DNA from: Vicugna vicugna
Lineage: Eukaryota
Reading direction: 5' to 3'
NCBI GenBank assembly: GCA_013265495.1
Contig: MU057833.1
Coordinates: 102,646 to 147,588 of the forward strand
Length of the DNA stretch: 44,943 bases
The position numbers were made by a program, and so were the translations under genes. Within the stretch, counting starts at the first letter, position 1. Each line of letters opens with the position of its first letter. Below are positions 1 to 10,440 of this stretch, piece after piece. A model generated the notes under the pieces. It ran no database searches, had not been told where the DNA came from, and saw nothing but the letters and a program-made list of their open reading frames with translations.

Positions 1-90
1 ATATAGTCTGCAAAAAAAAATCACTATGCTGTACACCTGAAACTCACCCAATATTATAAATTCACTATGCTTCAATTAAGAAAAGAATTA
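1..90 (+). mobile_element. LINE-1 3' terminal fragment
   Basis: 'tcactatgctgtacacctgaaact...attataaattcactatgcttcaattaagaaaa' resembles the laurasiatherian L1 3' terminus. The same motif recurs at about 25830-25905 and about 33975-34040. Confidence 0.65.
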
Positions 91-129
91 TTAAACAAAA
101 TGGAACTAAAACTAAAACTAAAAGATTTG

Positions 130-625
130 GAAAATTCTGCCTATCCATATTGTAAAAAATAAGAAAGCACTGTTCAAAACAGAACAGTAAGGGTGTGGCC
201 CAGCAACTCTTTGATAAGTTTATTATGAATGTGAGCTGTGGACCTATCAGCCACTTCAATAGAAACCAGATGCTATTCTTCAAAACAAGGAGAAAATGAC
301 CCCCAAAGGGGATTCATGGATTATCAGGGCTTTCTCTTTAGTTTCAAAAAGGGAAAAATCATTACCTTAATTTTAAGAGGCCAGACAGCTTCCTCCCAAA
401 GCCCTGGGAGCCCAACTCCGGCCCAGCAAAGTGTAGGGCAGGCCCACGATCACAGGGGTTTGAGAAGGCAGGACTCCTTCCCTAGCAGTCCTGGAGGGCA
501 GAATGTTGAACCAGAGAAATGTATTCTTGAGGCTTAGTATCTCATAGCTTGCTTTTAGTTTTCACTTACCCATTACTTCTATTTTGGCATGGAAATGTCC
601 ACCATTGTATTCTGGAAGCATACAG
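130..625 (+). mobile_element. ERVL-MaLR internal (MLT1/MST-int-like) fragment
   Basis: Ends in 'ttttggcatggaaatgtccaccattgtattctggaagca', resembling the 3' part of MaLR internal consensus as I recall it. Confidence 0.45.
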
Positions 626-669
626 AATATAAGATAGTATTCTTAATGTCTTCACAGAATACTAGCATT

Positions 670-1152
670 AAGAAGACATTAAGAACACTGTCAATCAGCT
701 TGTCCTAATTGACATTTATAGGTTATAGTACCCAACAACAAAATAATTCACTTTAACCAAGCTAGGCCATATCCTAGGCTATAAAACAAATATCAATTAA
801 TTTAAAATAATTTGTCATAAGAGTATCTCCTCAGAACACAATGGAATTAGGTAAAAATCAATTATAGAAAAAAACCCAAACTGAAAGAATTCAACAAACT
901 GTGCTGGGAAAACTGGATAAATACCTGCAGAACAATAAAACTGAACCCCTATCTCACACCACTCACAAAAATTAACTCAAAATGCCTCAAAGATGTAAAA
1001 CTTAAGACCTGATACCATAAAATTCCTGGGAAAAAATGTAGAGGAGCAGCTCCTTGACATTGGTCTTGGCAATAATTTTGGATGTGAAGCCCAAAGCACA
1101 AATAACAAACGGACCGCATCAAACTCAAAAGCTTATACACAGCAGAAGAAAC
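670..1152 (+). mobile_element. LINE-1 ORF2 fragments, truncated
   Basis: 'tcaacaaactgtgctgggaaaactggata...ctatctcacaccactcacaaaaattaactcaaaatg...gacattggtcttggcaataattttg...aaactcaaaagcttatacacagcagaagaaacaa' is typical L1 ORF2 sequence. It breaks off at a T-run at about 1155. Confidence 0.85.
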
Positions 1153-1164
1153 AATTTTTTTTTT

Positions 1165-1962
1165 TAATCTTGGGATTTTTCCCTTTTCTCACAAGACTAA
1201 GGCCTCTGCTCAGGGGAACATGTTCCTATTTCTCCCAGATGAATCATCCTTACTCACGTGAAGATCTCCATCGTTCACCCAGGTCTCCCCTACACTTGTG
1301 AGACACATTTCTTTTTCTCTCCTGAGATGCACCTCCTTCTCTAATGAGCAGTGATGCATCCACTCTCTAGAGAATATTCACTTATTCTCTCAAAAGGGGG
1401 TACTCAAAACTTGCAAGATTTGCTCCATTGCTCGTTAGACTAAGCCCACTGCTCTGAGGAACATAGCCCCATTTCTTGCAAGACAAATCTATTTCCTTGC
1501 ATGAAGAACTAGATCCTTCACCAGATTCTCCCCTACTTCACTCCCAAGGCTCACTCCTTTTCTCTTCTTGCACTCGCGAGTGGTGACCCATTCACTCTGC
1601 AAAAATATCCACTTATTCTCTTTAAAAAGTGTCCCCAACTCTCACAAGAGTCACTGTTTTTCTCATGAGACTAAGCCCACTGCTCTAGGGCGCACAGCCC
1701 CATCTCTGGCAAGAGGAACCTATTTTTCACTTGTGTGAAGACCTCCATCACTTACCAGATTCTTCCCTACTTCCCTTGTGAAAGTCATTTTTTTCTTTCC
1801 TGAGAGTGACCCCCTTCTCTTGTGAGCAGTGACCCATTCACTCTCTCAAGAGCATCCCATTATTCTCTAACAAGGCGTTCCCTAACTGTCAAGAGATTTC
1901 TCATTTTCTCACGAGACTAATCCCACTGCTCTGGGGAGCATATTCCATCTCCTGCAAGACAA
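1165..1962. repeat. Degenerate satellite-like tandem repeat, ~240-bp unit, ~3.3 copies
   Basis: The anchor 'agactaa(g/t)(c/g)(c/g)c(a/t)ctgctc' occurs at 1194, 1437, 1668 and 1914 (spacings 243, 231, 246). Shared internal blocks: 'tgaaga..tccatc..(c)accagattctcccctac', 'gagcagtgacccattcactct', 'cacttattctct'. Confidence 0.85.
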
Positions 1963-2299
1963 AGCCTGCATTAAGATATTTCCCTCAAGGAGAAATCATG
2001 GTTCCAACAGACATAAAAAATAACAACAAAAAGAAACAACAAAGACTGTTAACCACGTCGTGATTATATAAACACATATTTATTGGCTTATGTCCTTTTA
2101 TTAGATACGTCAAGTTCCTGGGGAATTAAACTAATATTGGAGGAACTTTTGGGTCAGTGAAATATTTAGGTGTTTATGCTTTCACATTAACTGCTATTAT
2201 CAAAGATACCCATTTATTCAAAAGAAAGGGATTGAAAATAAATCTAAAAAAGGAGGGTAAAAGGCAGTGGCTCCTCCTCCAGCCCCTTCCCCCACACGG

Positions 2300-3050
2300 C
2301 AGGATGACTGCGAGGGACCGCGCCCTCCCCGAAGACGCTGGCTTCTTGGCGCCCCCGGCCGGCCAGAGCATCCTCCGCGGAGGGCACCCCGGTACCGCGG
2401 CGCCCTGGTGATGCCGAGCCCGCCGCAGCCTCCCGGAGGGCCGGCCCCGAGCCGGGGCGCCCGCCGCAGCCACGAGTGCCCGCCCCACAGCGCCGGGCCC
2501 GCCGCCTGCCCAGGGCTCCCCCGCCCCCCGCCCCGCGGCCCGGCCCGAGCGCCTCGGCGGAGGCGGGTCCCCGCTCGCTCGCCGTGGCGCGCGGCCGACC
2601 TGGGCGAAACCGCGTCCCGGATGTTCCAGCTGCATTTGGGCGGGGACGCCGACATGGAGGAGCGGGCGTTCCCCAGCCCTTTCCCGGACTACGAGGCCGC
2701 CGCCGGGCCGCGAGGAGCCGTCAGGTGCTCGGCCCGCGCTCTCCCCCGACGAGCTGGGCCTCCCTTTCCGCAGCGACGGGAAGGTGAGTCGGCGGCTGGC
2801 AGCCGGCGGGCGGGCCGGGGCCGCTCGGGGTGGTGGTAGGGTCCGCTCGTCGCGCGACGTCACCCGCTCGCGCCGTGCACGTCACTCGTCCGCGCCGCGC
2901 GCCGCGCGCAGCTTGCGGCCTGGGTCCCGCGGCGAGGGCTCCGGGGACCGGGCCCCTCTGCGCGCCTTTCGGCAGCGCGGAGCTGCGGCCCTTCCCGGGC
3001 GCCGTGGCCCTTCCAGGGGAGGATCGGTGCTTCCCTTGTCGGGAGGCACC
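2300..3050. promoter_or_regulatory. CpG island / promoter of the LANCL2 copy
   Basis: Very high GC and CpG density with GC-box (ccgccc) motifs, overlapping the LANCL2 exon-1 equivalent. CRE/E-box-like 'gacgtca' at 2856 and 'cacgtcac' at 2878. Confidence 0.85.
2600..2783 (+). pseudogene. LANCL2: LANCL2 exon 1 remnant
   Basis: Reads (L)GETASRMFQLHLGGDADMEERAFPSPFPDYEAAAG, versus LANCL2 MGETMSKRLKLHLGGEAEMEERAFVNPFPDYEAAAG. After a frameshift near 2705-2712 it reads EEPSGARPALSPDELGLPFRSDGK (LANCL2 ...DEPGLPFHQDGK). Donor aag|gtgagt at 2783/2784. Start codon is CTG at 2600. Confidence 0.93.
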
Positions 3051-3273
3051 GCCGTCTCTGTCAGAACAGTGAGCGAGATAACACCTTTAAACTTGTTTTA
3101 ACTCTTCTCTGCGCTGGTTTTTTTTTTTCATTTTTAAGAAATACGTAATTTGTTTGATGTTGCCCTTTCAGAAACACGGTTCATGTAAGCTTTTCATGTA
3201 ATCATAAAATAATATCTTGAAGGGAAAAAGAAAAGGCAATAATGCTTTTTGGGGGGCGGGGGACTCCTTCCAG

Positions 3274-3477
3274 GCATTGCCCTTTTGTGCCTGCAGCTGC
3301 GCCGGGTCACACGTGACCAGACCTGTCTGCCCCCATCCTGGATTAGGTGAAGAGAGCACTTAGGAATCTGAACGGCCGGAGGGTCACCTTCCTCTATGGA
3401 GATGCCGGCCCCTTGCCGTCAGAGCCGTGGTACATCATGAACTCAGCAGTGATTGAGAATCCTAGGAATGCATCACA
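3274..3477 (+). pseudogene. LANCL2: LANCL2 exon 3 remnant
   Basis: Acceptor ttccag|. Reads GIALLCLQLRRVTRDQTC..LD*VKRALRNLNGRRVTFLYGDAGPL..VRAVVHHELSSD*ES*ECIT, with stops at 3344 (TAG), 3454 (TGA) and 3463 (TAG) plus frameshifts. Donor |gtgagt. Confidence 0.92.
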
Positions 3478-4213
3478 GTGAGTTATTAAAGCTGGCAGTA
3501 TTTTCTCCAAGTTCTCGGTCTTGCTGTAGAAAGAGATTCAAAATCAAAATTAGTTTTTAATTCATCTACTCTTTCAAGCAGGTCTTTGCAAGAAGCCAGG
3601 AGTTAGTGTTCTAATCCTGATCACATGCTCCATTTCTGTCCAGGCATGTGTTTGCCTTAATTTGAGGGGGGGGACTAAGCATAGTTTTTCCTAAGTAATT
3701 TTGGTTGCCTTCAGTGCATGAAAATTAGCTTGTACACCTTAGATGCACTGTAATTGTCTAAGAAACAATCAGAGATTCAGTTAATGTTTGTTAAAGGTAA
3801 GATGACTCAAGCTAATTTCCAACCATTGGCTACATTTTAGTAACATTTTCATTAAGGTTTTAAATCACTTCCTTGTATTTCTGGATTTCAGAATTGAGTA
3901 TCTTAATATGGTTTAGAGCATCTTACATGATTCATATGTGTATCTCTTACACATTTTAGATACAAATGTAGAACTTTTGAACAGAAAGGTGTTTTATTAT
4001 TAATTTTGAGACCTGAGAGAGAAATTTGTTTGGTTTTGTAGTAGGGAAGTTTTTCTTTTCCATGGGTGTTTTTTTATTTTTTGAATTTTTAAAAATCAGA
4101 TTTAAATTAAAAGTAAATAATAGATAATTTCTAAAGTGATAGGGTTGCTTGCAGCTTCAGGAAGAGTTATTTTAGACATTCTCTGGGAAAACAGAATTTT
4201 TCTTGTTGGGTCG

Positions 4214-4361
4214 ACTTTTGCAGCGCCAGAGAACCATCGTCTGCCAAGATTCAGACCTTCCCGACGAGCTGCTCCATGGACAGGCAGGCTATCTGTACCC
4301 TTTACTCTACGGGAACTCAGAGATGGGTCCAGGTGCTGGGCATGAGTCAGCTATCAGAGAG
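4214..4361 (+). pseudogene. LANCL2: LANCL2 exon 4 remnant
   Basis: Reads LLQRQRTIVCQDSDLPDELLHGQAGYLYPLLYGNSEMGPGAGHESAIRE (LANCL2 LLQLQRSVVCQESDLPDELLYGRAGYLYALLYLNTEIGPGTVCESAIKE). The frame is open over 148 nt, but the acceptor is CG rather than AG (4212-4213). Donor |gtact. Confidence 0.93.
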
Positions 4362-4516
4362 GTACTGTGTCCTGTCCCAGCCACCTGGCTGCCTGCGTAG
4401 AGTTACAGGAGTGGCTGGACTCCACTTCTAGGTGGGAGTAATTTCCTAAGGCATCTCATAAGGGTAATAAACAGCCCCTTTTTCTTTTTTCCTATGAGGC
4501 TTTTTTTTTTAAATTA

Positions 4517-4931
4517 GGTCTGTATTAATTCAGCTGTTTTTACTAGAACCAAACAATAGCAGCTTCAGAAGGATAGAATGTTTATTTCTCTCTCACGAGG
4601 TCTCTGAACAGCTGGGCAGTCCAGGAGAATATGGCTCTTCTGTCTTCATCCACCTTATTTTAGGGCCGTGCCCTTCTCTGCATGACCAAAGCAAGCTGTG
4701 CACCTGCAGCCCCCAGGGTGATGAGGAAGTGGAGGATGAGCACCTTCCTTTTTAAGGCCAGCTGGAAGTTACCCACCTGCCTTCTGCTCACATCCCACTT
4801 CCACACCTCAGTCAGATGACTGTGTCCAGCTGTCTGTATCTCAGAGGCCAGATGTCTAGCTGAAACTTGGAGCGTTGTTACCAAAAGTGTATGGGGGAGA
4901 GGATATGAGGAAACAATGAGTGTCTGCTACA
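4517..4931. mobile_element. Old MaLR solo LTR (MLT1J/K-like)
   Basis: 'gtttatttctctctcac...ccttctgctcacatcccactt...ggatatgaggaaacaatgagtgtctgctac' follows the MLT1 LTR layout. Confidence 0.6.
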
Positions 4932-5538
4932 TAATCTTTACAGATGTGATTGTCTTCTTTTGATCTGCTCTGAAATTCCCAGGAACTGTGTTAGTTAGAA
5001 ATATGTCCTGATGGTCAGTTGTTGACTACATCAGAAGGTATTTTCATGTAAGTTATGTTCCAGAAACTCATTTGTGAGTTGGATTATTTTGAACTATGTT
5101 TTCTTCTTCCTCAAGATTCTGATACCTTCCCAATTTTAAGCATCATTTGTAAACACACTACCATGTATCCCTTTGTTTTTAAGCTGTGTCTGCTGTTTTA
5201 CTATTTTGAATAAGCTACAGTGAACATTCTGGTACAGGTCTTTTTGTGGACATGTTTTGATTTCTTTGGAGCTAATTCCTAGGAGTGGAATTGCCAAATC
5301 AGAAAGTAGCTTGTTTAGTTTTTTAAGACACTGCCAGGCCTTTTCTCCAAGGGCTGTGCCGTTTTTCATTCCGTTAGTGGTACAGGGGAGGTCCAGCTGC
5401 TCCACGTCTCTGCCAACACTTGGTGTTGGAAGTCTCTGTGGTTTTCCTCTGGTGGGCATTTCATCTTGGTTTTAATTTGTGTCTTCCTGATGATTAAGGA
5501 TGTTGAGCAGTTTTGCTTGTGCTAATGGGTTGAGTGTA

Positions 5539-5754
5539 CAGTTGACCCTTGAAAAACATGGATTTGAACTGTGTGGGGCCACTTTTATGTGGATTTTTTT
5601 CAATCAGTACAGTTACAGTACCACACAGCCCAGGGTGGGTTGAATCTGAGGACACAGAAAGGCATACAGAGAGGGCCGACTGTACGTTATGCAAGTACTT
5701 CCAGCTGGGTAGGGGGTCAGCGCCCCAACCACCACGTTCTTTGTGGGTCAGCTG
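5539..5754. mobile_element. Tigger2-derived MITE (MER8-like)
   Basis: Terminal inverted repeats cagttgaccc... / ...gggtcagctg, flanked by TA on both sides (5537-5538 and 5755-5756). Confidence 0.85.
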
Positions 5755-6131
5755 TAAATCTTTGTTGAGTGTCTGTTCATATCTTTTACCCACATTGTTT
5801 TATGTGTTTATTTTTGTCCCCTTATTACTGAGTTGTAAAAATTCTTCATATGTTTTGGTTACAAGTCCTTTTGGTAGATGTATGTTTTGGAAATAATTTC
5901 TCCCAGTCTGTAGTTGGCCTAATCATAGTCTTTGTGAATATGAATAGAGTTTTTAATTCTGATAAAGCCTATCTTATCAGTGCTTTTTTTTTAAATGTCA
6001 GTTACTTTCTGTATTTTGTCTAAGAAATTTTACTTACCCCCAGGTTATACACTGACAGTATTCTCCAGCATGCTTCATGGATTTAGATTTATATTTAGAA
6101 CTGTGATCTGTCTCAAGTTAAGTTTTATATG

Positions 6132-6243
6132 TTATGGGGGGAGGTAATTAGGTTTATTTATTTACTTATTTATTTTAACGAATTGACCCCAGGACCTCAT
6201 ACATGCTAAGCACACGCTCTACCACTGAGCTGTACCGTTTCCC
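6132..6243 (-). mobile_element. tRNA-derived SINE (camelid type)
   Basis: Reverse complement reads gggaaacggtacagctcagtggtagagcgtgtgcttagcatgtatgaggtcctggggtcaatt...aaataaataaacctaattacctcccc, i.e. tRNA A/B boxes plus an AT-rich tail. Confidence 0.85.
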
Positions 6244-8859
6244 AGGTTTTGTCTGTTACGTAAAGGAGTGAGGTTTTTCTTTTAATAACCACAGGGGTAT
6301 CTGAATGTTCCCACATCACTTGTTGAGAAGATGGTTTTTTCCCCCGTTTGATTGATTTCGTGCCTAAAAAGGCACGAGGTCAAAGTCAAGTGAGCTGGTA
6401 AGCGTGGATTTCCTGCTGGGCTCTCTGTTCTGTGACTCTGGCCTGTTCACCTGTCACTGCGATGCCACGCTGATGGGATTCCTCTAGCTTTATTGTAAGT
6501 TTTGAAGTCAGGTAATTTAAGACTTCAACTTTATTGGGGTTTTTTTCAGAATTGTTTTAAATATTCTATTTTGGAATCCTTTGCATTCCTATATAAATTT
6601 TAGAAATTAGTTTGTCAGTGTCTGTAAAAGAGATCTATTGGGATTATGACTGAAATTGCATTCAATCTGTAGATCAATTTTGGTAGAATTGATGTCAATA
6701 TTGAGTGTTCTCATCCACAAATATGGTATCTCTCTCCATTTATTTACATTTTCTTTCACTTATGTCAGTAGTAGTTTATAGATTTTGATGTTTTTATGTT
6801 TAACGTGTGTCTCTTCATAATTGGGACTTGTCTAGCAGGGCAGTCTAACAATCTCGGCCTTTCATTTGGAATGTGTAGTTCATATCTAGTTAACTATATG
6901 GTTGGATTTAGCTCAGCCATTTTCCATGTGGTTTCTATTGGCTACATCTTGGGACTTTTTTTTGTCTTTGGTTTTTTCCTTCTTGCCTTTTTAAAGGAGG
7001 TAGGAGAGATTAATTGGATATTTTCTAGAATTGTGTTTTAATTTCTCTGTTGACTCTTTAACTGTATCTATTTGTACATATTTTTAGTAGTTGCTAAATA
7101 TGCATCATTAACGTTGCAACACACAGCTTGCAATATTCATTCTTAACTTTCCCAGTCCGCTCAGAGCTAACATTGTAACTTCTCGTGAACTGTAAGAAAG
7201 GACCAGGTGCCTGTTGTCTGACTGCAGTTCTGTACATTTTACTGCATCAGACGTGTCAGCAAATGCTGTAAACCCCCAATACCATGTTATAAGTTTTGTT
7301 TTTTAAATAGTCCTATGTATTTTAAAGAAATTAAGACCAAAAAAGGTGGTCTGTGATATCTGTTTGTACATTTCCCCTTTTCAGTGCTGTTCATTCCTTC
7401 CAGAAGGCCCAGCCTCTCTGGTGTCCTCTCCTTCGGCTGAAGAACCTCCTTTAGCATTTCTGATTGTCTAGGTTTGGTGACAACACATTTGTTTTTCACT
7501 TACCTTACGTTTGTCTTTACTTCCCCTTCATTCTTTAAAGATACTTTGCTGGGAGTAGAATTCTACGGGGACAGTTCTTTTTTCCTTTCAGAACTTCAGA
7601 GATACAGCTCCGCTGTCTGTGGCCTCCGCTGCTGAGAAATCTGTCGTCCTTTATGCACAGTGTGCTTTTCCTCTGGAAGCATTCAAGATGTCCTCTTACT
7701 TCTTGGTTTTCAACATTTTACCATGTACCTCTGTGTGTCTGTGTGTCTGTGTGTATTTATCCTGCTTTGAGGTTCCTTAAGCTTCTTAAACTTGTAACTG
7801 TACGTCTTTCAGTACATTTGGTAAATGTTAGGCCTTTACTTTCCATCAGATCTCTGAAGCTTTTATTTTTAGGGTTTTTTCCCTTTCTGTAATTCAGATT
7901 GCTCAATTTGTTTATCCAGCTTTATATTCAGTAATGGTTTCTTCTCCTGTGTCCAGTCTGCTATTAAGCCTACCCAGTAGGTTTTTTAATTTCACCTATT
8001 GGTATTTTTTCAGTTCCTGGATATCTGTTTCTCTTTGTAGTGACATTTCTTCTCAGATTTCCAACCATTCACTGGTGATAAGTGTAGTTTCCTTTTCATC
8101 CTGAAGGATTTTGGATAACTGCCCCAAATCCTTGTTTCTATTTTCAACACTTGGTCATCTCTGCATCCATCCATTTTGTAACATGAGCAAACAGGCTCAG
8201 AGAAGTTAGTGATGACCCCCCCCAAATTACACAGTATTTGTGGAAGAAGGAATCCAACCAACGTCTCCCTGCTCCAGATCCCCTATGCTTGTTTTCCTCT
8301 GCATGTACTGTCTCTTCAGACTTTCTGTCGTGGCATTTCCCAGGGAAATTTACCATTTGAGAAAAGTAAGACGGATCAGTAAACAGATTTTCTGGCCAAG
8401 TTATAATGGCTACAATGTAGAGAAGATAAATCTGTGATTAAATCTGGGAGTTCTCTTCTATAATCATTAAATGTTAAACTGTCCCACTGTTAAAAGTAGC
8501 CCCACGCTTACAGCACGAGTGGGCCGTCCCCCCAGCAGTCTGTCAGGGGAGCGGGGGTGCCGGGAAGGAAATCTGACCCATTTCCCTTTCCGCCCTCACC
8601 CGCTCCTGGCCACCCCCAGGAAGGAGCGAGTCAGCTCTTCTGTGGGACTGACCTTGCTCTTGTGTGGTTTTAGGACAGAGCTTCTAACACAGTCTCCCTT
8701 CACCTATTAGCTTTGATCGAGTATTTGTTTAAGATGGGGAGGTTTCTCTTTATAATTCATTTTAAGAGGCTTCAGACACAAATGACAGGAAGGAGTGTTT
8801 GTGCTGGGCTGGGAACGTGGGAGAGCAGTAGTTACCGGCAGCTCAGGAGTAGTCAGCAC

Positions 8860-9050
8860 TGTGTGTGCCACGCAGCGCGCTAAGGGCTGCTTGTCTGTTA
8901 CTTCATCCTAATCCAGCAAGCCGCTGAGGGGAAGAAATGGTAGCGAAAACGGAGACATAAGAGGTGAGGTGACTTGTCCAGGGGCACCGTTAACGGTGAC
9001 AGAGCTGATTCAGACTCCAGCAGTCGGACCCCAGAGCCCACGTCTCACCT
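8860..9050. mobile_element. MIR SINE
   Basis: MIR core-like 'gaaaacggagacataagaggtgaggtgacttgtccaggggcac...gagctgattcagactccagcagtcggaccccagagccca'. Confidence 0.65.
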
Positions 9051-9955
9051 GCTCTCATGAGTCAGGGTTGCTTCTGACCCCGGCGAGACTCTGCCCCAGG
9101 GGCGGTGACTGACGTGGGGGCGTGCCCGTTTCCCGGGCCCTGCCCCGGGGGATGCTGGCTGCGGTTCAGGCCCTCTGGTTTCCTGCAGCCTCCGACCTCC
9201 TCAGCCACGTGCCCAGGAGGTCACTACTCGGCAGTCACGCGGAGGGTCCCGTTTTCTACCCCAAGGAGCTGTCCCCAGTGACCTTTTTGCCTGTGGTCTG
9301 TGGTCCAACACTCACTCGCACTAGAATGGAACGAGTTAAGCAGGTGGAGATTGCCAGTAAGGGATTCGGAGGAGAGGACCAGGGAGAGAAAATGAATGAA
9401 GTGTGAAGGGAATCTGGGGAGGTGAAACTGGCGCCCCATCTTGCTGGCGTTGTCTGTCTGTCTGTCCACGTAACCCCTCCCCGGAGACAGTGCCGCTGCC
9501 CCCGGGCTGGAAGCGCTGTGCAGGTTTATGTCCTCTCATGGGGCACTCTTGATGTGTGGCTGACCTGGGATATAGAATGTTCTAGACGTAGCTGCCAGGA
9601 TGGTGTGAAACCATCGACAGCCCACTACACAAGCAGGAGTTTCAGAGCTGCAGCCTGCCTCCCAGGAAGCACCGAATGGTCTGTGACAAAACATCTCATA
9701 AAAGAGATCTGGTAGCTTCTCTTGATTTTTGAACTCAGTTTGAGAACTGCTTTTGAAAAAGCGCACACGGGCAGAGGACGAGGGCCGTGGAGATTGCAGG
9801 CCGGTGGTGTGGTGCTCAGGTCGGGGCTGGTCTTACCCCCGGGGCCATTTCAGGTTTCCTAACGCCGGGCAGCTTTCTAAACAGAAAGAGAAAGTATTTT
9901 GCTAGGTCATTATTAAAGACATCTTTTTAACACTGACCTGTTTTTCACTGCCTAG

Positions 9956-10112
9956 GCATTTAAGAAGTACCTGAAAGACGCTGTGGAGCGCGGCGGGTGT
10001 AACCTGGCAGCGAGGCTTGCTGCAGGATCTGCCCCAGACTGCTAGGAACGGCTGCCCTTCCTGTCCCTGTACTGCCCCCAATAGGACAGAGTATCTCTTC
10101 TGCGCCTGCAAG
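9956..10112 (+). pseudogene. LANCL2: LANCL2 exon 7 remnant
   Basis: Acceptor cctag|. Reads AFK-KYLKDAVE..VTWQRGLL..IC..TARNG..FLSLY...YLFCACK (LANCL2 VFKEEKYLKEAMECSDVIWQRGLLRKGYGICHGTAGNGYSFLSLYRLTQDKKYLYRACK) with several indels. Donor aag|gtaagg. Confidence 0.92.
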
Positions 10113-10329
10113 GTAAGGGCATCCATCCACACACCTCCTGGACCCTCCAGAGTGGGCACAGAGCCCCAAACAGCTCCCTCCTCCAGCTGGGTTCTCCTGG
10201 CTCTGGGGTTCCTCCCGGCCCAGCCTTGCCCCTGGCCGCTCTGTGCTGGGGGCCCCTCCTTTAACGTGGGTCCAGGGAGAGGAAGTGTGTTCTGCAGTCT
10301 CATGACCGGTTAGAATGGCCTCCTGCGCA

Positions 10330-10440
10330 GTTATTAGTTTTATGACTTCAGGGCACTCCTTCTTCAAGCTTCAGTTTCCCCGTCTGTAAAAATACTACCC
10401 CTCTCAGTTTGTTCCAGGAAGAATTAATTGAAATAGATCA
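10330..10440. mobile_element. MIR SINE fragment
   Basis: MIR core-like 'gcttcagtttccccgtctgtaaaaat'. Confidence 0.55.

Larger units (their letters stand above)
5190..8160 (-). mobile_element. Old LINE-1 (L1M-type) fragments, antisense, interrupted by a MITE and a SINE
   Basis: Minus-strand ORF 5136..5459 contains L1 ORF2 C-terminal-like residues (AIPLLGI...KTCPQKDLYQNVH). Typical antisense L1 tracts such as 'attctttgcattcc...tttagaaattagtttgtc' and 'attgggattatgactgaaattgcattcaatctgtagatcaatttt'. Confidence 0.8.

Noticed and set aside
1165..1962. Regularly spaced repeats as a CRISPR-like array
   Set aside because: The whole ~240-bp unit is homologous between copies, with no unique spacers. 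The context is mammalian and has no cas genes.
2600..2602. CTG as a functional near-cognate start for LANCL2
   Set aside because: The context is favourable (gacCTGg), but a frameshift follows within exon 1 and downstream exons have stops.
2174..3101. Long overlapping ORFs on both strands (229, 190, 145 and 105 aa)
   Set aside because: These are Pro/Arg/Gly/Ala-rich products of a stop-poor CpG island. Only the LANCL2 exon-1 segment shows homology.
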